Shown here one piece after another: positions 27,246 to 36,890 of a stretch of DNA of 64,000 nt. Under the pieces are notes generated by a model, which worked only from the letters and a program-made list of their open reading frames with translations, did not search any database and had not been told where the DNA came from. Position numbers and translations under genes: made by a program. Position 1 is the stretch's first letter; every line of letters begins with the position of its first letter. The stretch comes from Patescibacteria group bacterium (GTDB lineage Bacteria; Patescibacteriota; Patescibacteriia; UBA1558; UBA10009), in assembly GCA_018818425.1 (NCBI GenBank), contig JAHISB010000026.1:525-64524 (forward strand). Reading direction: 5' to 3'.

Positions 27246-27353
27246 AAATAAAATTTTCATTTACTCCGTGCTTAACAACAAGTTACAACAAGTAACTATA
27301 AGTAACTTGTTGTAACTTGTAGTAACTTATCGTTGCTTCAAAATAACACCATT

Positions 27354-27929
27354 CTACTTGTTTCTCACCTGTACCTCGTAGATAATCTGCTCCAAACGTT
27401 TAAGGTTTCTCTTGGCATCATCAAACTTCTGGCGGCATTGCCCTGATAAATACAAAGTTAAAAGATAACCGACGATTTCTTCGGTAAAAATTTTATACTT
27501 CTTTAAAACCTGGTAGTTGCCCCTGGTGGCCTGCAGAACCGCCTGGCGGACCAGTTCGCCGGTTAAATCGGCCAGACCGTTGATGTATTCTTCCGGCCCG
27601 ATGGTTTCTATCCCCAGCTTGTCCAAAGCTTTGCCCGAAAGAACCTGATGAAACGTTTTGGCTTCTACATATTCTTCCATCGCCGCTTTGTAACTGCCTT
27701 CAAACCTTAAACGATTGTTTTTATTATAGGTTCTGTTTAATTTTTTTAATAAAGATTCTGCCTCTTTGATATTCTCCTTGGCCTGCTTTTCGTCCAGCCG
27801 GTGCAAAGCAAAAATAGCAGTTTTAGATTTTTGAAGAATCCGGCGGGATTCGCCGATAATTTCGTTGCGCTCTTTTTGGTAAAGTTCCAGATCTTTTTTA
27901 ATTTTGGAAAGAAATGATTTTTTAATCAT
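27354..27929 (-). CDS. hypothetical helical protein (possibly DUF47/PhoU-like)
   Basis: 191 aa, predicted all-alpha, charged coiled-coil-like sequence; no diagnostic motif. Confidence 0.4.
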   Translation of the reverse strand: MIKKSFLSKIKKDLELYQKERNEIIGESRRILQKSKTAIFALHRLDEKQAKENIKEAESLLKKLNRTYNKNNRLRFEGSYKAAMEEYVEAKTFHQVLSGKALDKLGIETIGPEEYINGLADLTGELVRQAVLQATRGNYQVLKKYKIFTEEIVGYLLTLYLSGQCRQKFDDAKRNLKRLEQIIYEVQVRNK

Positions 27930-27961
27930 AATAAGTTGAATAAGTTGTTAAGTTAATATCC

Positions 27962-28045
27962 AGTCTTAAGTTTTCAATTTTCAGTTTTTAATTTTCAATC
28001 TTCAGTCTTCTAATCCTTCAATCCTCAATCCTCAGTCCTCAGTCC
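27962..28045. repeat. tandem 7-mer microsatellite (CAATCCT/CAGTCCT units)
   Basis: ...tcaatcctcaatcctcagtcctcagtcctcaatcctcaatctt..., about 10 degenerate units immediately downstream of fxsA. Confidence 0.6.
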
Positions 28046-28489
28046 TCAATCCTCAATCTTCTCAACAACCTTCACCTCCGCCTGTTTTCTCTGGCTTTGA
28101 TGATAAACGTAACCCACGCCCCTCATTCTCCTTTCAAACTTCTTTTTCAAATAATTTCTGTATAGCGGGCGGGTAAAAGGCAAAAGCAAAGTAAAGCCGA
28201 TAAAATCGGTGATGATGCCCGGAGTTAAAAGAAGAAGGCCGCCGATTAAAATTAAAACGCCGTCAATCAGCTGATTAGCGGGCATCTTTTGCTGAATTAA
28301 TTCTGCCTGAAGCTTGGCCCAGATTCGTAGGCCTTCCACCTGAACCAAAAAAGCTCCTAAGATTCCGGTGACAATGCACAGGCCGATTGTTTCCCAAACT
28401 CCCAGCCACTTGCCGATCTGGATTAACAAAGCCAGTTCCACCAAAGGAACAATAATGAATAAAGGAACAAGTTTTGCTAAAATTGTCAT
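28046..28489 (-). CDS. fxsA: FxsA family cytoplasmic membrane protein
   Basis: MTILAKLVPLFIIVPLVELALLIQIGKWLG...LLLLTPGIITDFIGFTLLLPFTR matches FxsA (UPF0716). Confidence 0.7.
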   Translation of the reverse strand: MTILAKLVPLFIIVPLVELALLIQIGKWLGVWETIGLCIVTGILGAFLVQVEGLRIWAKLQAELIQQKMPANQLIDGVLILIGGLLLLTPGIITDFIGFTLLLPFTRPLYRNYLKKKFERRMRGVGYVYHQSQRKQAEVKVVEKIED

Positions 28490-28560
28490 GTTTTAGTATT
28501 ATAGCTACTTAAAACATAAATAGCAAATTATAAAAAGGCGCGAACAGCAATCAGTCGCGC

Positions 28561-29049
28561 CTAAATTTTCCCTCCAAAATAATAACCTCCTATAACTACC
28601 AGAATTGTTCTGATGGCATTGGCCAACAGCAAGAACCAGTAGCCCCTTGGCATTTTAACAAAGCGCGCCGCCATGATGGCGGTATATTCAAGGCCGGGTA
28701 CTGGGATAACTGCGGCGCAGAAAATCACAATTCTCGGCGATTTGTGATTAACCATCCATTGAACTGCCTTGTCTCTGAATGTTGGCCGATGATTACCGCG
28801 CCGAACTGCTGTTTTTACCGCTTCTTTCCATTTAAAAAGTTTCTTCAACCATTTCACCAAAGCGCACCCAGCCAGCCAAAACAACCTAAGAACATCAAAG
28901 GACAAGTATGCTAAAGTAAAGCCGGTGGTTGAACCGATTAAAACAACGGTTAAAGTCTGTTCAATTGGGTGATTCTGGTAAACCAGTCCGGCCACGGCAA
29001 GATGGATCTGCCAGACCGAAGTCAAAAGGCCCAGCAGATTCTGCAACAT
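28561..29049 (-). CDS. hypothetical integral membrane protein (about 4 TM)
   Basis: Hydrophobic segments throughout; no family-specific motif recognised. Confidence 0.4.
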   Translation of the reverse strand: MLQNLLGLLTSVWQIHLAVAGLVYQNHPIEQTLTVVLIGSTTGFTLAYLSFDVLRLFWLAGCALVKWLKKLFKWKEAVKTAVRRGNHRPTFRDKAVQWMVNHKSPRIVIFCAAVIPVPGLEYTAIMAARFVKMPRGYWFLLLANAIRTILVVIGGYYFGGKI

Positions 29050-29203
29050 TTTCGTTTCTCCTGCGGTTTTTAAAAGTTCATTTGCTTGAGTTTATAACAG
29101 TTGCGGGCTGCTGGTCAAGCTAACCATGGTCATTGACAAAAAATCACCGATATGATACAGTGCTTTAATTGTTCAATTAAAACTAAAATGGGAGTGAGGC
29201 AAC

Positions 29204-29428
29204 ATGAAATACATAGCCTTAACCGTCGTCTGTTACCTCCTCTTTAATTTTGCCGTCATTTTATCAGATGGCAGCCTGCTTGCTCTGGCCGGAGCAAACT
29301 TTTTAGGAGGTATCGCCACCGGCATTTACTTTCGCCGGGAAATAATAATACAAAGTAAAAAACCCTACTGCTTAATCTCAATAACAGGAGCAATTGACCA
29401 CTCTAAACAACGCTACCAAAAAAAATAA
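29204..29428 (+). CDS. hypothetical small membrane protein
   Basis: 74 aa, two hydrophobic helices, GGAG-type RBS (gggagtgagg) upstream. Confidence 0.3.
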   Translation: MKYIALTVVCYLLFNFAVILSDGSLLALAGANFLGGIATGIYFRREIIIQSKKPYCLISITGAIDHSKQRYQKK

Positions 29429-29471
29429 GGTGTTCGGAATCGCTCTGAACACCTTTTTATTTATAAATTAT

Positions 29472-30230
29472 TTAATTTCGTTTTTTATACGCTTCCCAGC
29501 CCGCTTCCCGATATTTCTTAGCTTCTGCTTGCGGATCTTCCGCTTTATAAATTCCCCGGCCCACGATTATCACATCCGAACCGCCGCTAATTACTTTTTC
29601 CGGGGTATTGTATTGCTGTTTGAGGTTATCGGTTCCTGCCGCAAGCTTTACGCCCGGAGTCATAACAATGAACTTTGGATTATCAATCAGTTTTTTCATG
29701 CCAATAAAGCCGATGACAAAATCGTCATATTTTTGCGCCCACTCTATGGCTTTTTGCGTGTAATCGCCGACAGCTAAATTTTCCGCACTGCTCATTTCTG
29801 CAAGCAGCAATAGCCCTCTGCCCTTGGGCAATCCAACTTCTTTAAGCCCTTCAATAACTCCCTGGCCCGGTACAATGTGAGCGTTAGTTATATCTGCCCA
29901 TTCAACGATATGATAGATGCCATCGCGGTATTGATATTGAACGGTATTGCCTATATCAGCGAACTTCCGGTCTTCAAAAATCAAAAAGTTATGCTTATCT
30001 GCCAGCTCCCTTAATTCTTTGGTCAGCTCCTGATCAAAATCCACAATAATATCAATGTGGGTTTTTAAAACGCAAATTTCCGAACCAAGCTCTTGGGCGA
30101 TTTTTAAAATCTCGGCTTTAGTGGTTACGTCGGCGGCAATCGCCAGATTGGTCTGTTTAGAATCCATCAGTTCAAACAATTTTTTAGCTGTTGGATTATT
30201 GGTAAAGGTTGAACGTTGCTGGTAAGTCAT
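29472..30230 (-). CDS. pyrF: orotidine-5'-phosphate decarboxylase
   Basis: LAIAADV...LKTHIDII (K-x-D-x-D catalytic region), about 250 aa ODCase. Confidence 0.8.
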   Translation of the reverse strand: MTYQQRSTFTNNPTAKKLFELMDSKQTNLAIAADVTTKAEILKIAQELGSEICVLKTHIDIIVDFDQELTKELRELADKHNFLIFEDRKFADIGNTVQYQYRDGIYHIVEWADITNAHIVPGQGVIEGLKEVGLPKGRGLLLLAEMSSAENLAVGDYTQKAIEWAQKYDDFVIGFIGMKKLIDNPKFIVMTPGVKLAAGTDNLKQQYNTPEKVISGGSDVIIVGRGIYKAEDPQAEAKKYREAGWEAYKKRN

Positions 30231-30275
30231 GTTGTTAATTTATGATTATTAATTTACTGATAAGATTTTTTTAGA

Positions 30276-30881
30276 TTATTTTTTTATTTGATTTTCATCA
30301 ATAAATTTCGTTACTTTTTGATGGGTCTTTTGGTCAATCTTGCCGCCGTCTAATAAATTATCCAGCAGTTCAGCCATATTAAACACGGCGTGCAAATTAT
30401 AATTTTTGCCGGCTAAATTTTCCTTGCCGCCTTGCTGGCGGTCTAATAAAACAACGATGTTTTTGACTTTTAATCCTTCGAGCTCTAATGGTTCAATGGT
30501 CTCAAAAACACTGGAACCGCTGGTTACCAAATCTTCTACTACTAAAACGGTTTGGCCCGAAATAAAGGCGCCTTCAATGGCCTTTCTTGTTCCATATTCT
30601 TTAACTTCTTTCCGTCGCATTACCATTGGTTTATTATGCTCGATGGACATAACCGTGGCAATGGGCAAGGCAGTATAAGGAACGCCGCAAATCAGGTCAA
30701 AGGATAAATTTTTTGCTTTTTCCCATAAAGCTTCGGCCACCATTCGTAAAACTTTGGGATAAGAAATAATAACGCGCAGATCAATATAAATCGGCGACAT
30801 TATCCCGCTTTTTAGTTTAAATTCTCCAAATTTTATGCCGTCTATTTCGTAAAGTTGGGCAATGAGTTCTTTTGTGTCCAT
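30276..30881 (-). CDS. pyrE: orotate phosphoribosyltransferase
   Basis: FGEFKLKSGIMSPIYIDLR and PRPP-binding VLVVEDLVTSGSSV. Confidence 0.85.
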   Translation of the reverse strand: MDTKELIAQLYEIDGIKFGEFKLKSGIMSPIYIDLRVIISYPKVLRMVAEALWEKAKNLSFDLICGVPYTALPIATVMSIEHNKPMVMRRKEVKEYGTRKAIEGAFISGQTVLVVEDLVTSGSSVFETIEPLELEGLKVKNIVVLLDRQQGGKENLAGKNYNLHAVFNMAELLDNLLDGGKIDQKTHQKVTKFIDENQIKK

Positions 30882-31024
30882 AATTTGTAAAATTAATTAT
30901 TAATAATTGTATAATTGTGTAACTGTTTAATTGACTAATTGCTTAATAGGTTAATTGTTGCTTCTTTTCTATAATTCAATTACCCTATGAACCTATTAAT
31001 CTATTAGATAATTATTCAATTACT

Positions 31025-31072
31025 CTAATAGTCTAATAGTCTAATAGTCTAATAGTCTAATAGTCTAATAGT
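31025..31072. repeat. tandem 8-mer microsatellite (CTAATAGT)x6
   Basis: Perfect six-fold tandem repeat between pyrK and pyrE; a 2-copy relative is at 15785-15800. Confidence 0.8.
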
Positions 31073-31102
31073 CTATCATTCTGCGCCAAAAGCGCATCCG
31101 CC

Positions 31103-31912
31103 TCAGGCGGAAAATAAAATTTTGTCCCCGGCCGGACCGCGGTGATATTTGCCGAACTCTGAAATCTTTAAGGCCAGCTCTTTGTTTATAACCGGACCTT
31201 CGGTGCACATTCTAATGCCCAAAGGGTCGACTACGCACTGGCCGCAAATGCCGCAGGAGCATTTCATATAACGTTCTAAGCTGATTTGGCAGTCAGTCTT
31301 ATATTTTTCTGCCAGCTCTATTATTTTAAACTGCATCAGCTCCGGACCGCAAGTGGCAATATAATCTATTTTATTTTCTGACAATAGTTTTTCCAAAACA
31401 TCAGTGACTCTGCCTTTGGTACCCACAGAACCGTCATCAGTTGTAAAATAAAACTTTATTTTCTGATTAAAATCTTCGGGTTTGATGAAAAGGAGATTTT
31501 TGGTTTGGGCGCCAATGATAAAACTGATGTTAACATCAGGATTATTTTTGACGGTCTTGGCGGCCAAAAACGAAAGCGGCGCACTGCCATAGCCCCCGCC
31601 GACCAGAGCGATATTTTTTGATTTGCCGATTTCATAATAAGTGCCATACGGCCCTTTGATGCCCACTTTATCGCCAATTTTGAGCTCAAAAATCTTTTTA
31701 GTTACATTGCCTACCTGGCAGATGGTCAGGCCGAATTCGTTATTTGATTGATAGCCGACGCTAAAGGGTTTTTCCGAAATGCCCGGCAGCCACAGCCAGA
31801 CAAACTGGCCCGGTCTGGCCTCTAATTGATGTTCAAAATAAAAGGTCTTGATGAAAGCATTATTCTCAACAATTTTTTTAATGGGTAGAATGTTGATTTT
31901 TTCGTATTTCAT
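31103..31912 (-). CDS. pyrK: dihydroorotate dehydrogenase electron-transfer subunit
   Basis: FAD/NAD-binding fold (RPGQFVWLWLPG, GGGYGSAPL) and C-terminal 2Fe-2S cysteines CSCGICGQC...C. Confidence 0.8.
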   Translation of the reverse strand: MKYEKINILPIKKIVENNAFIKTFYFEHQLEARPGQFVWLWLPGISEKPFSVGYQSNNEFGLTICQVGNVTKKIFELKIGDKVGIKGPYGTYYEIGKSKNIALVGGGYGSAPLSFLAAKTVKNNPDVNISFIIGAQTKNLLFIKPEDFNQKIKFYFTTDDGSVGTKGRVTDVLEKLLSENKIDYIATCGPELMQFKIIELAEKYKTDCQISLERYMKCSCGICGQCVVDPLGIRMCTEGPVINKELALKISEFGKYHRGPAGDKILFSA

Positions 31913-32128
31913 AAAATTTACTAATGCTCAAAAAAATCATCAACGAGTCATCTGTGTGCCATCGGTCGACAGACCCCGAGCGAGCCCCGAACGAGCGTAG
32001 CGAGTTTAGAGGCGAGTCGAGGGGTGAACTATCAGCGCTCCTCCGCGTTATCTTGACAAAAATTCAACTTTCCTTTAAGGTTACCTAAATTGCACTAAAA
32101 TAAAGTAGATTAGTATTGAAAGGGGGTC

Positions 32129-32365
32129 GTGATGACCACTGGTGTAGTAAAATGGTTCAATTCAAGAAAGGGTTATGGTTTTATTAAAACCGAAGACGAG
32201 CACGATGTCTTTGTTCACTTCTCCTCTATTGTGGGCAAAGGCCACCGGTCTTTGGAGGAGGGTGACAAGGTCTTCTTTGATCTTGAACAAACACCCAGAG
32301 GACCTCAAGCGTTCAATGTCCGGAAATGTCTTTCCCCTCTCCGTCAAGACCATTTCCCCTACTAA
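32129..32365 (+). CDS. cspA: cold-shock protein (CspA family)
   Basis: [33 protein letters not shown] with RNP1/RNP2 motifs. Confidence 0.85.
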   Translation: MMTTGVVKWFNSRKGYGFIKTEDEHDVFVHFSSIVGKGHRSLEEGDKVFFDLEQTPRGPQAFNVRKCLSPLRQDHFPY

Positions 32366-32444
32366 GCCCACAACCCACAATTTCCAATAAAGCCGGGGTC
32401 AGCAACACATCGCTCCGGTTTTTTATTTTCTCTAAATGTTCGTC

Positions 32445-32589
32445 AGGCCTTGCCAATTATGTCATTGCGAGCGAAGTATGAGCAAAGCAATCCCATTATA
32501 GAACGAACGTCTGTTATGTAAAGGGATTGCGGAGTCTGTCCCGAATAGAGTGAGGGATCGCTTCACTCCTCGCAATGACGGCAAGGCTT
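32445..32589. repeat. MITE-like element, family A copy 3
   Basis: AGGCCTTGCC..ATGTCATTGCGAG ... CTCGCAATGACGGCAAGGCTT; perfect 12-bp TIR TGTCATTGCGAG. Confidence 0.7.
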
Positions 32590-32596
32590 TTTATAT

Positions 32597-33544
32597 TTAG
32601 TGTTTATGTACCAATCCAATCACTTCTTTAATATCTTTATAATCATGTTTTTCCAACCACTCCGACATTTCTTCAGTGATTTTCTTAAAGACCTCCGGGC
32701 CGCCATAATACACGGCCGTGCCAATACCCAAAGCCGTGGCTCCGGCCATCAGCATTTCTATGGCATCTTCTGCTGTGGTGATGCCACCGGTGCCGATTAT
32801 AGGAATTTTGACTGCTTCGTATAAATCGTAGACGCACCTGATTGCTATAGGCTTTAAAGCTGGTCCTGATAAACCGCCGATTTTAAAACCTAAAACCGGT
32901 CTGGCCGATTCAATATCAATTTGCATACCCGGCCCGGCCGTGTTAACGGCGCAGATGGCCGCGGCTCCGGCCGCTTCTGCCGCTTTAGCCACATCAATCA
33001 TATTGGGATTGTTCGGTGAAACTTTAACGATAATTGGCAAGCCAGAAATTTCTCTAAGCAGCTTGGTGATGTTCTCGGACATTTCCGGCGTGTGCTGGCC
33101 GCCCATGGTGCCAAAGCCCGGCGTGTGCGGGCAGGACAAAGGAACTTCTATAGCTACAAAACCACAGCCGGCCAGATGCTCCCAAACCTGTTTAAAGTCA
33201 TCATCCTTTTGGCCGATAATGCTGGCAATAACCGGCGCTCCTAATTCATTGAGGTTGCTGAACTCTTGAGCCGCTTCTTTGGCTCCGGGATTAGAATAAC
33301 CGACCGCATTAAGCATGCCTGCTTCAAAAGTGGTGATAATGGGCGTTTCGTGACCCTTGCGAACTTCCAAACTGATTGATTTGATGGTCACGGCGCCGGC
33401 GCCGCTTTCGATAACTTTATTTAAAGATGATTTAGAAACGCCTAAAATACCCGAAGCCAAAATGGTCGGATTGTTTAAATCTATACCAGCAAAATTTGTT
33501 TTTAAATTAACGGACATTAAATTATTCTTAAATATAATTACCAA
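32597..33544 (-). CDS. pyrD: dihydroorotate dehydrogenase catalytic subunit (class 1B)
   Basis: FMN-binding TIM-barrel blocks (NAVGYSNPG, GTGGITTAEDA). Probable start at MSVNLK (33514). Confidence 0.85.
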   Translation of the reverse strand: MVIIFKNNLMSVNLKTNFAGIDLNNPTILASGILGVSKSSLNKVIESGAGAVTIKSISLEVRKGHETPIITTFEAGMLNAVGYSNPGAKEAAQEFSNLNELGAPVIASIIGQKDDDFKQVWEHLAGCGFVAIEVPLSCPHTPGFGTMGGQHTPEMSENITKLLREISGLPIIVKVSPNNPNMIDVAKAAEAAGAAAICAVNTAGPGMQIDIESARPVLGFKIGGLSGPALKPIAIRCVYDLYEAVKIPIIGTGGITTAEDAIEMLMAGATALGIGTAVYYGGPEVFKKITEEMSEWLEKHDYKDIKEVIGLVHKH

Positions 33545-33666
33545 GAACCAAACCTCGATTTAATCGAGGGAAAAGAACCAAACAAATTAAAAGAATCGAG
33601 ATAAAAAGATTTTTAATTTCTAACTTTGGTTCTTGTTTGGTTCTTTGATTCTTTTGATTTGAATAT

Positions 33667-34974
33667 TTATAAAGGTTTATCTATTTTATAACTTGACAAA
33701 GAAAGATTGCCCGGTCCGCCTAATGATTTTATTTCGGCAATGGCTTTGGCCGGGTCGGGCACTTTCAGCTTATCCAGATTTTCTTTGACCTGCTGATAAG
33801 CGTCCCTAAAAGGCAGGCCCTTCATCACCAGCTTGTTGGCTTCGTTATTGGCAAACAACTCCGGGCTTAACGATTTCATCAAGACTTTCTTATTAGGTTT
33901 AATGCCAGACATCACCAAAGAGCAGACTTCTAAACTTCTTCTGGTGATGCCCAGCCCCTTGATTAACGGCTCTTTAGTCAGCTGGGTATCTCTATTATAA
34001 CCGGAAATTAAATTTTTACAAATGTCTTTTATTCCTGTCTGCAGGCCCACGATAACGTTAACATTGCTCCTGATCAATTCAAAAACATCGGGATTTCTTT
34101 TTTGCGGCATGATGGAGGAGCCGGTAGTAAACTTCCAGGGCAGGTCAAAGTAGTTGAATTCGGGCGTGGTAAACCAGATCATCTCGTTAGCCAGCCGGCC
34201 CAGAGTCATCATTATATGAGTGCAGACCGAAAGAACAAAGCTTTCTGTTTTGCCGCGCGAGTTAACGGCGTATAAAGAATTTATCTGCGTTTTTTTAAAC
34301 TTTAATATTTTAGTGGTCAGGTTCCGGTCCAGTTTTAAATTTACGCCAAAGCCGGCGGCCGCGCCCAAAGGATTCTGGTCATTTAAATCGTAAGCGCATT
34401 CTAACTGCTTATGATCATCAATTAATTCTTCTACATAAGCTGCTGCCCAGTGGCCGACAGAAGAGGGCATGGCCCGGCGGGTGTGGGTATAACCGGGCAT
34501 GGGCATGTCCTGATACTTTTTAGCCATGTTCAAAAAAACTTTTTCCAGTTTAATTAATTCTTCGGATATCTGCTTGAGTTTTTTGCGGGTGTAAAGGCGC
34601 GTGGCTACTAAAACCTGATCGTTGCGCGAGCGGCCGGTGTGAATTTTTTTACCCAGCAGGCCGTATTTTTTAATTAAATAGTTCTCTATGGCCGTGTGGC
34701 AGTCTTCGTCTTCCAGCTTGATTTTAAATTTTCCTTGTTTGAATAATCTTAAAATTTCGTTAAGGCCCGTAATTAACTTTTTGTGCTCTGCTGGAGTGAT
34801 AATTTTCAATTTTAACAACGCCTGGGCGTGAGCTTTGGAAGCTTCGATGTCGTAAGGCAGAATTTTTTTATCCAGCTTGTAATCGTTGCCCACAGTATAC
34901 CTTTCCACCATAGGATGAAGCTTGGTCGATTTTGATTGCCAAATTTTGGTCATATGATTAAGGATTTCGGCCAT
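33667..34974 (-). CDS. argH: argininosuccinate lyase
   Basis: HTGRSRNDQV and fumarate-lyase signature GSSIMPQKRNPD. Confidence 0.75.
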   Translation of the reverse strand: MAEILNHMTKIWQSKSTKLHPMVERYTVGNDYKLDKKILPYDIEASKAHAQALLKLKIITPAEHKKLITGLNEILRLFKQGKFKIKLEDEDCHTAIENYLIKKYGLLGKKIHTGRSRNDQVLVATRLYTRKKLKQISEELIKLEKVFLNMAKKYQDMPMPGYTHTRRAMPSSVGHWAAAYVEELIDDHKQLECAYDLNDQNPLGAAAGFGVNLKLDRNLTTKILKFKKTQINSLYAVNSRGKTESFVLSVCTHIMMTLGRLANEMIWFTTPEFNYFDLPWKFTTGSSIMPQKRNPDVFELIRSNVNVIVGLQTGIKDICKNLISGYNRDTQLTKEPLIKGLGITRRSLEVCSLVMSGIKPNKKVLMKSLSPELFANNEANKLVMKGLPFRDAYQQVKENLDKLKVPDPAKAIAEIKSLGGPGNLSLSSYKIDKPL

Positions 34975-35033
34975 TGGCCAAAAGGCTGACCTAGGCCAAA
35001 AGACCTATCAGCCTATGGCTTGAAGCCTTTGGC
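34969..35033. repeat. palindromic repeat, family E copy 2
   Basis: GGCCATTGGCCAAAAGGCTGACCTAGGCCAAAAGACCTATCAGCCTATGGCTTGAAGCCTTTGGC; the related copy at 8403-8465 lies upstream of tRNA-Leu. Confidence 0.6.
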
Positions 35034-35084
35034 TGGAAGGAGTTATGATGAATAAATTTATGCTAAATTTGTGATGAATATCGA

Positions 35085-36713
35085 CTATCCTGACTTATTA
35101 GTAATCGTTTCCTTGAGTTGCCTAACAATGTGTTTGGCCACGTCCATGTTGGTGATAATGGGTATGTTATGCTCTATGGCCAGCTGGCGGATTTTTTCTC
35201 CGTCGGTGTCGGCGATAAAATTCCTTTCAGCCGAAGAAATATTAATAATTAAGTCAAATCTGCGTTCACGCATTAAAGTGATGATGTTGGGACGGCGACT
35301 ATCGGAAATTTTATAAACCAGCCTGCTTTTTATATTATGCTGCTCCATAAACTCGCTGGTATGTTCTGTGGCATAAAGGATACAGCCCAGCTGGTCAAGG
35401 ACTTTGATTTCCGATAGAAGTTTTTCTTTATTCTCCCGGCCGCCAATAGTAAGTAAAATACTTTTTTTGGTTTGTTTAGCCATCTTCATCTGCAAAGTCC
35501 ACAATTCTATAAAGCCCGGGGAAGCGTTCTGGTTGAACAAATCATCTTTCATAAAAGTGGCCAATTTTTTGTCAAATAAAGCATCGGGGGCTTTTAGCGC
35601 AATTACTTCGCAATTGCCTTTAAAAAAACGCAGAGTAACCTTGCCATTCACCTTTTCGTTAAGAACATCGATAAAACCCGACAAATCTTTCATTAAGGGA
35701 TCATACCATAAGCCGGAATAACACATATAGGCCCATTCCTGGTCGACCAGCGCCTTGAATTTATTTTCATGGCGGGTGCAGACATATTTTTCCAGTTCCT
35801 GATGAGCTTTGATTATTGCCCGGGCCGCCGGCTGCTCGTAAATGCCCCTGACCTTTAAGCCCACTACCCTGTCTTCGATATGATGGACAATGCCGACCCC
35901 GTGTTGGCCGGCTATTTTATTAAGCTGGATAATAAGCTCGCTCAATTTTAAATCGTTATTGTTTAAAGCCACCGGCACGCCTTTAATAAACTCTATTTCA
36001 ACAATCTCCGGCTCATCGGGCGCGTCTTGAGGGTGGGCGCAAACCTGCAGTATTTTCCTTAAAGGGGGAATTTCTTCCGGCGTTTCAATTTCGCCGCCTT
36101 CGCTGGTTACGCCCCACATATTGTCATCGGCCGAATAAGGCCTTTCGATATCGCAGGGTATTTCGATATTATGTTTTTTGGCATACTCAATCTCCTCATC
36201 GCGCCCCATGCCCCATTCACGCACCGGAGCAATAATTTTAATATCAGGATTTAAAGTAATGGCCGTACCCTCAAGCCGCACCTGATCGTTGCCTTTGCCG
36301 GTACAGCCATGGGCAATGGTATCGGCTTTTTCATCAAAAGCGACCTTAACCGCAATCTTGGCTAATAAGGGCCTGCCGATGGGAGTGCTTAAATGATAAT
36401 TTCCTTGATAACAAGCATTGGCTTTTATGCCCCGCGAAATATATTTTTCGGCAAATTCATCTTTGGCATCTATGACGATTGATTTTAGAGCGCCTAACTT
36501 AATGGCTTTCTGCCGGATTTTTTCCAAATCATCTGTTTGCTGGCCAATATCAACGCACAAAGCAATTACCTCGGCCTGATAAACATCCTGAATCCACTTT
36601 AACATCACCGAAGTGTCTAAACCGCCTGAATAAAGTAGAACTACTCTATTAACTTCATCAATACTTTTTGGCTCATACGAAGCGATGTGGACATAAGAAT
36701 GACTGTGGTTCAT
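35085..36713 (-). CDS. argG: argininosuccinate synthase with C-terminal MGS-like domain
   Basis: ASS signature VLLYSGGLDTSVMLKWI, full ArgG core, then a roughly 140-aa extension (LLTIGGRENKEKL...LGCILYATEHTSEFM...) resembling methylglyoxal-synthase-like regulatory domains. Confidence 0.75.
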   Translation of the reverse strand: MNHSHSYVHIASYEPKSIDEVNRVVLLYSGGLDTSVMLKWIQDVYQAEVIALCVDIGQQTDDLEKIRQKAIKLGALKSIVIDAKDEFAEKYISRGIKANACYQGNYHLSTPIGRPLLAKIAVKVAFDEKADTIAHGCTGKGNDQVRLEGTAITLNPDIKIIAPVREWGMGRDEEIEYAKKHNIEIPCDIERPYSADDNMWGVTSEGGEIETPEEIPPLRKILQVCAHPQDAPDEPEIVEIEFIKGVPVALNNNDLKLSELIIQLNKIAGQHGVGIVHHIEDRVVGLKVRGIYEQPAARAIIKAHQELEKYVCTRHENKFKALVDQEWAYMCYSGLWYDPLMKDLSGFIDVLNEKVNGKVTLRFFKGNCEVIALKAPDALFDKKLATFMKDDLFNQNASPGFIELWTLQMKMAKQTKKSILLTIGGRENKEKLLSEIKVLDQLGCILYATEHTSEFMEQHNIKSRLVYKISDSRRPNIITLMRERRFDLIINISSAERNFIADTDGEKIRQLAIEHNIPIITNMDVAKHIVRQLKETITNKSG

Positions 36714-36774
36714 ATTTTTTAAATTTTATTAATAAGATACGAATTATGCTAGTTAAATCGGTATTTAAATTTAA

Positions 36775-36878
36775 TTTCACTGATAGTTCACCGATATCCA
36801 CTGAAAGCACTGGCAGTTCACTGATTTACACGGATATTACACTTAGTTCAGTGAGTTATCCGTGAACTGTCAGTGTGT
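36775..36878. repeat. CACTGA/TCAGTGA-rich repeat, family G copy (shared 14-mer GTGAACTGTCAGTG)
   Basis: Shares GTGAACTGTCAGTG and TTATCCGTG with 16986-17040; a shorter relative is at 3633-3650. Confidence 0.5.
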
Positions 36879-36890
36879 CTCGGTATTTTA

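Noticed and set aside
29394-29777. 127-aa plus-strand ORF
   Set aside because: Antisense to, and fully overlapped by, the well-supported pyrF gene.
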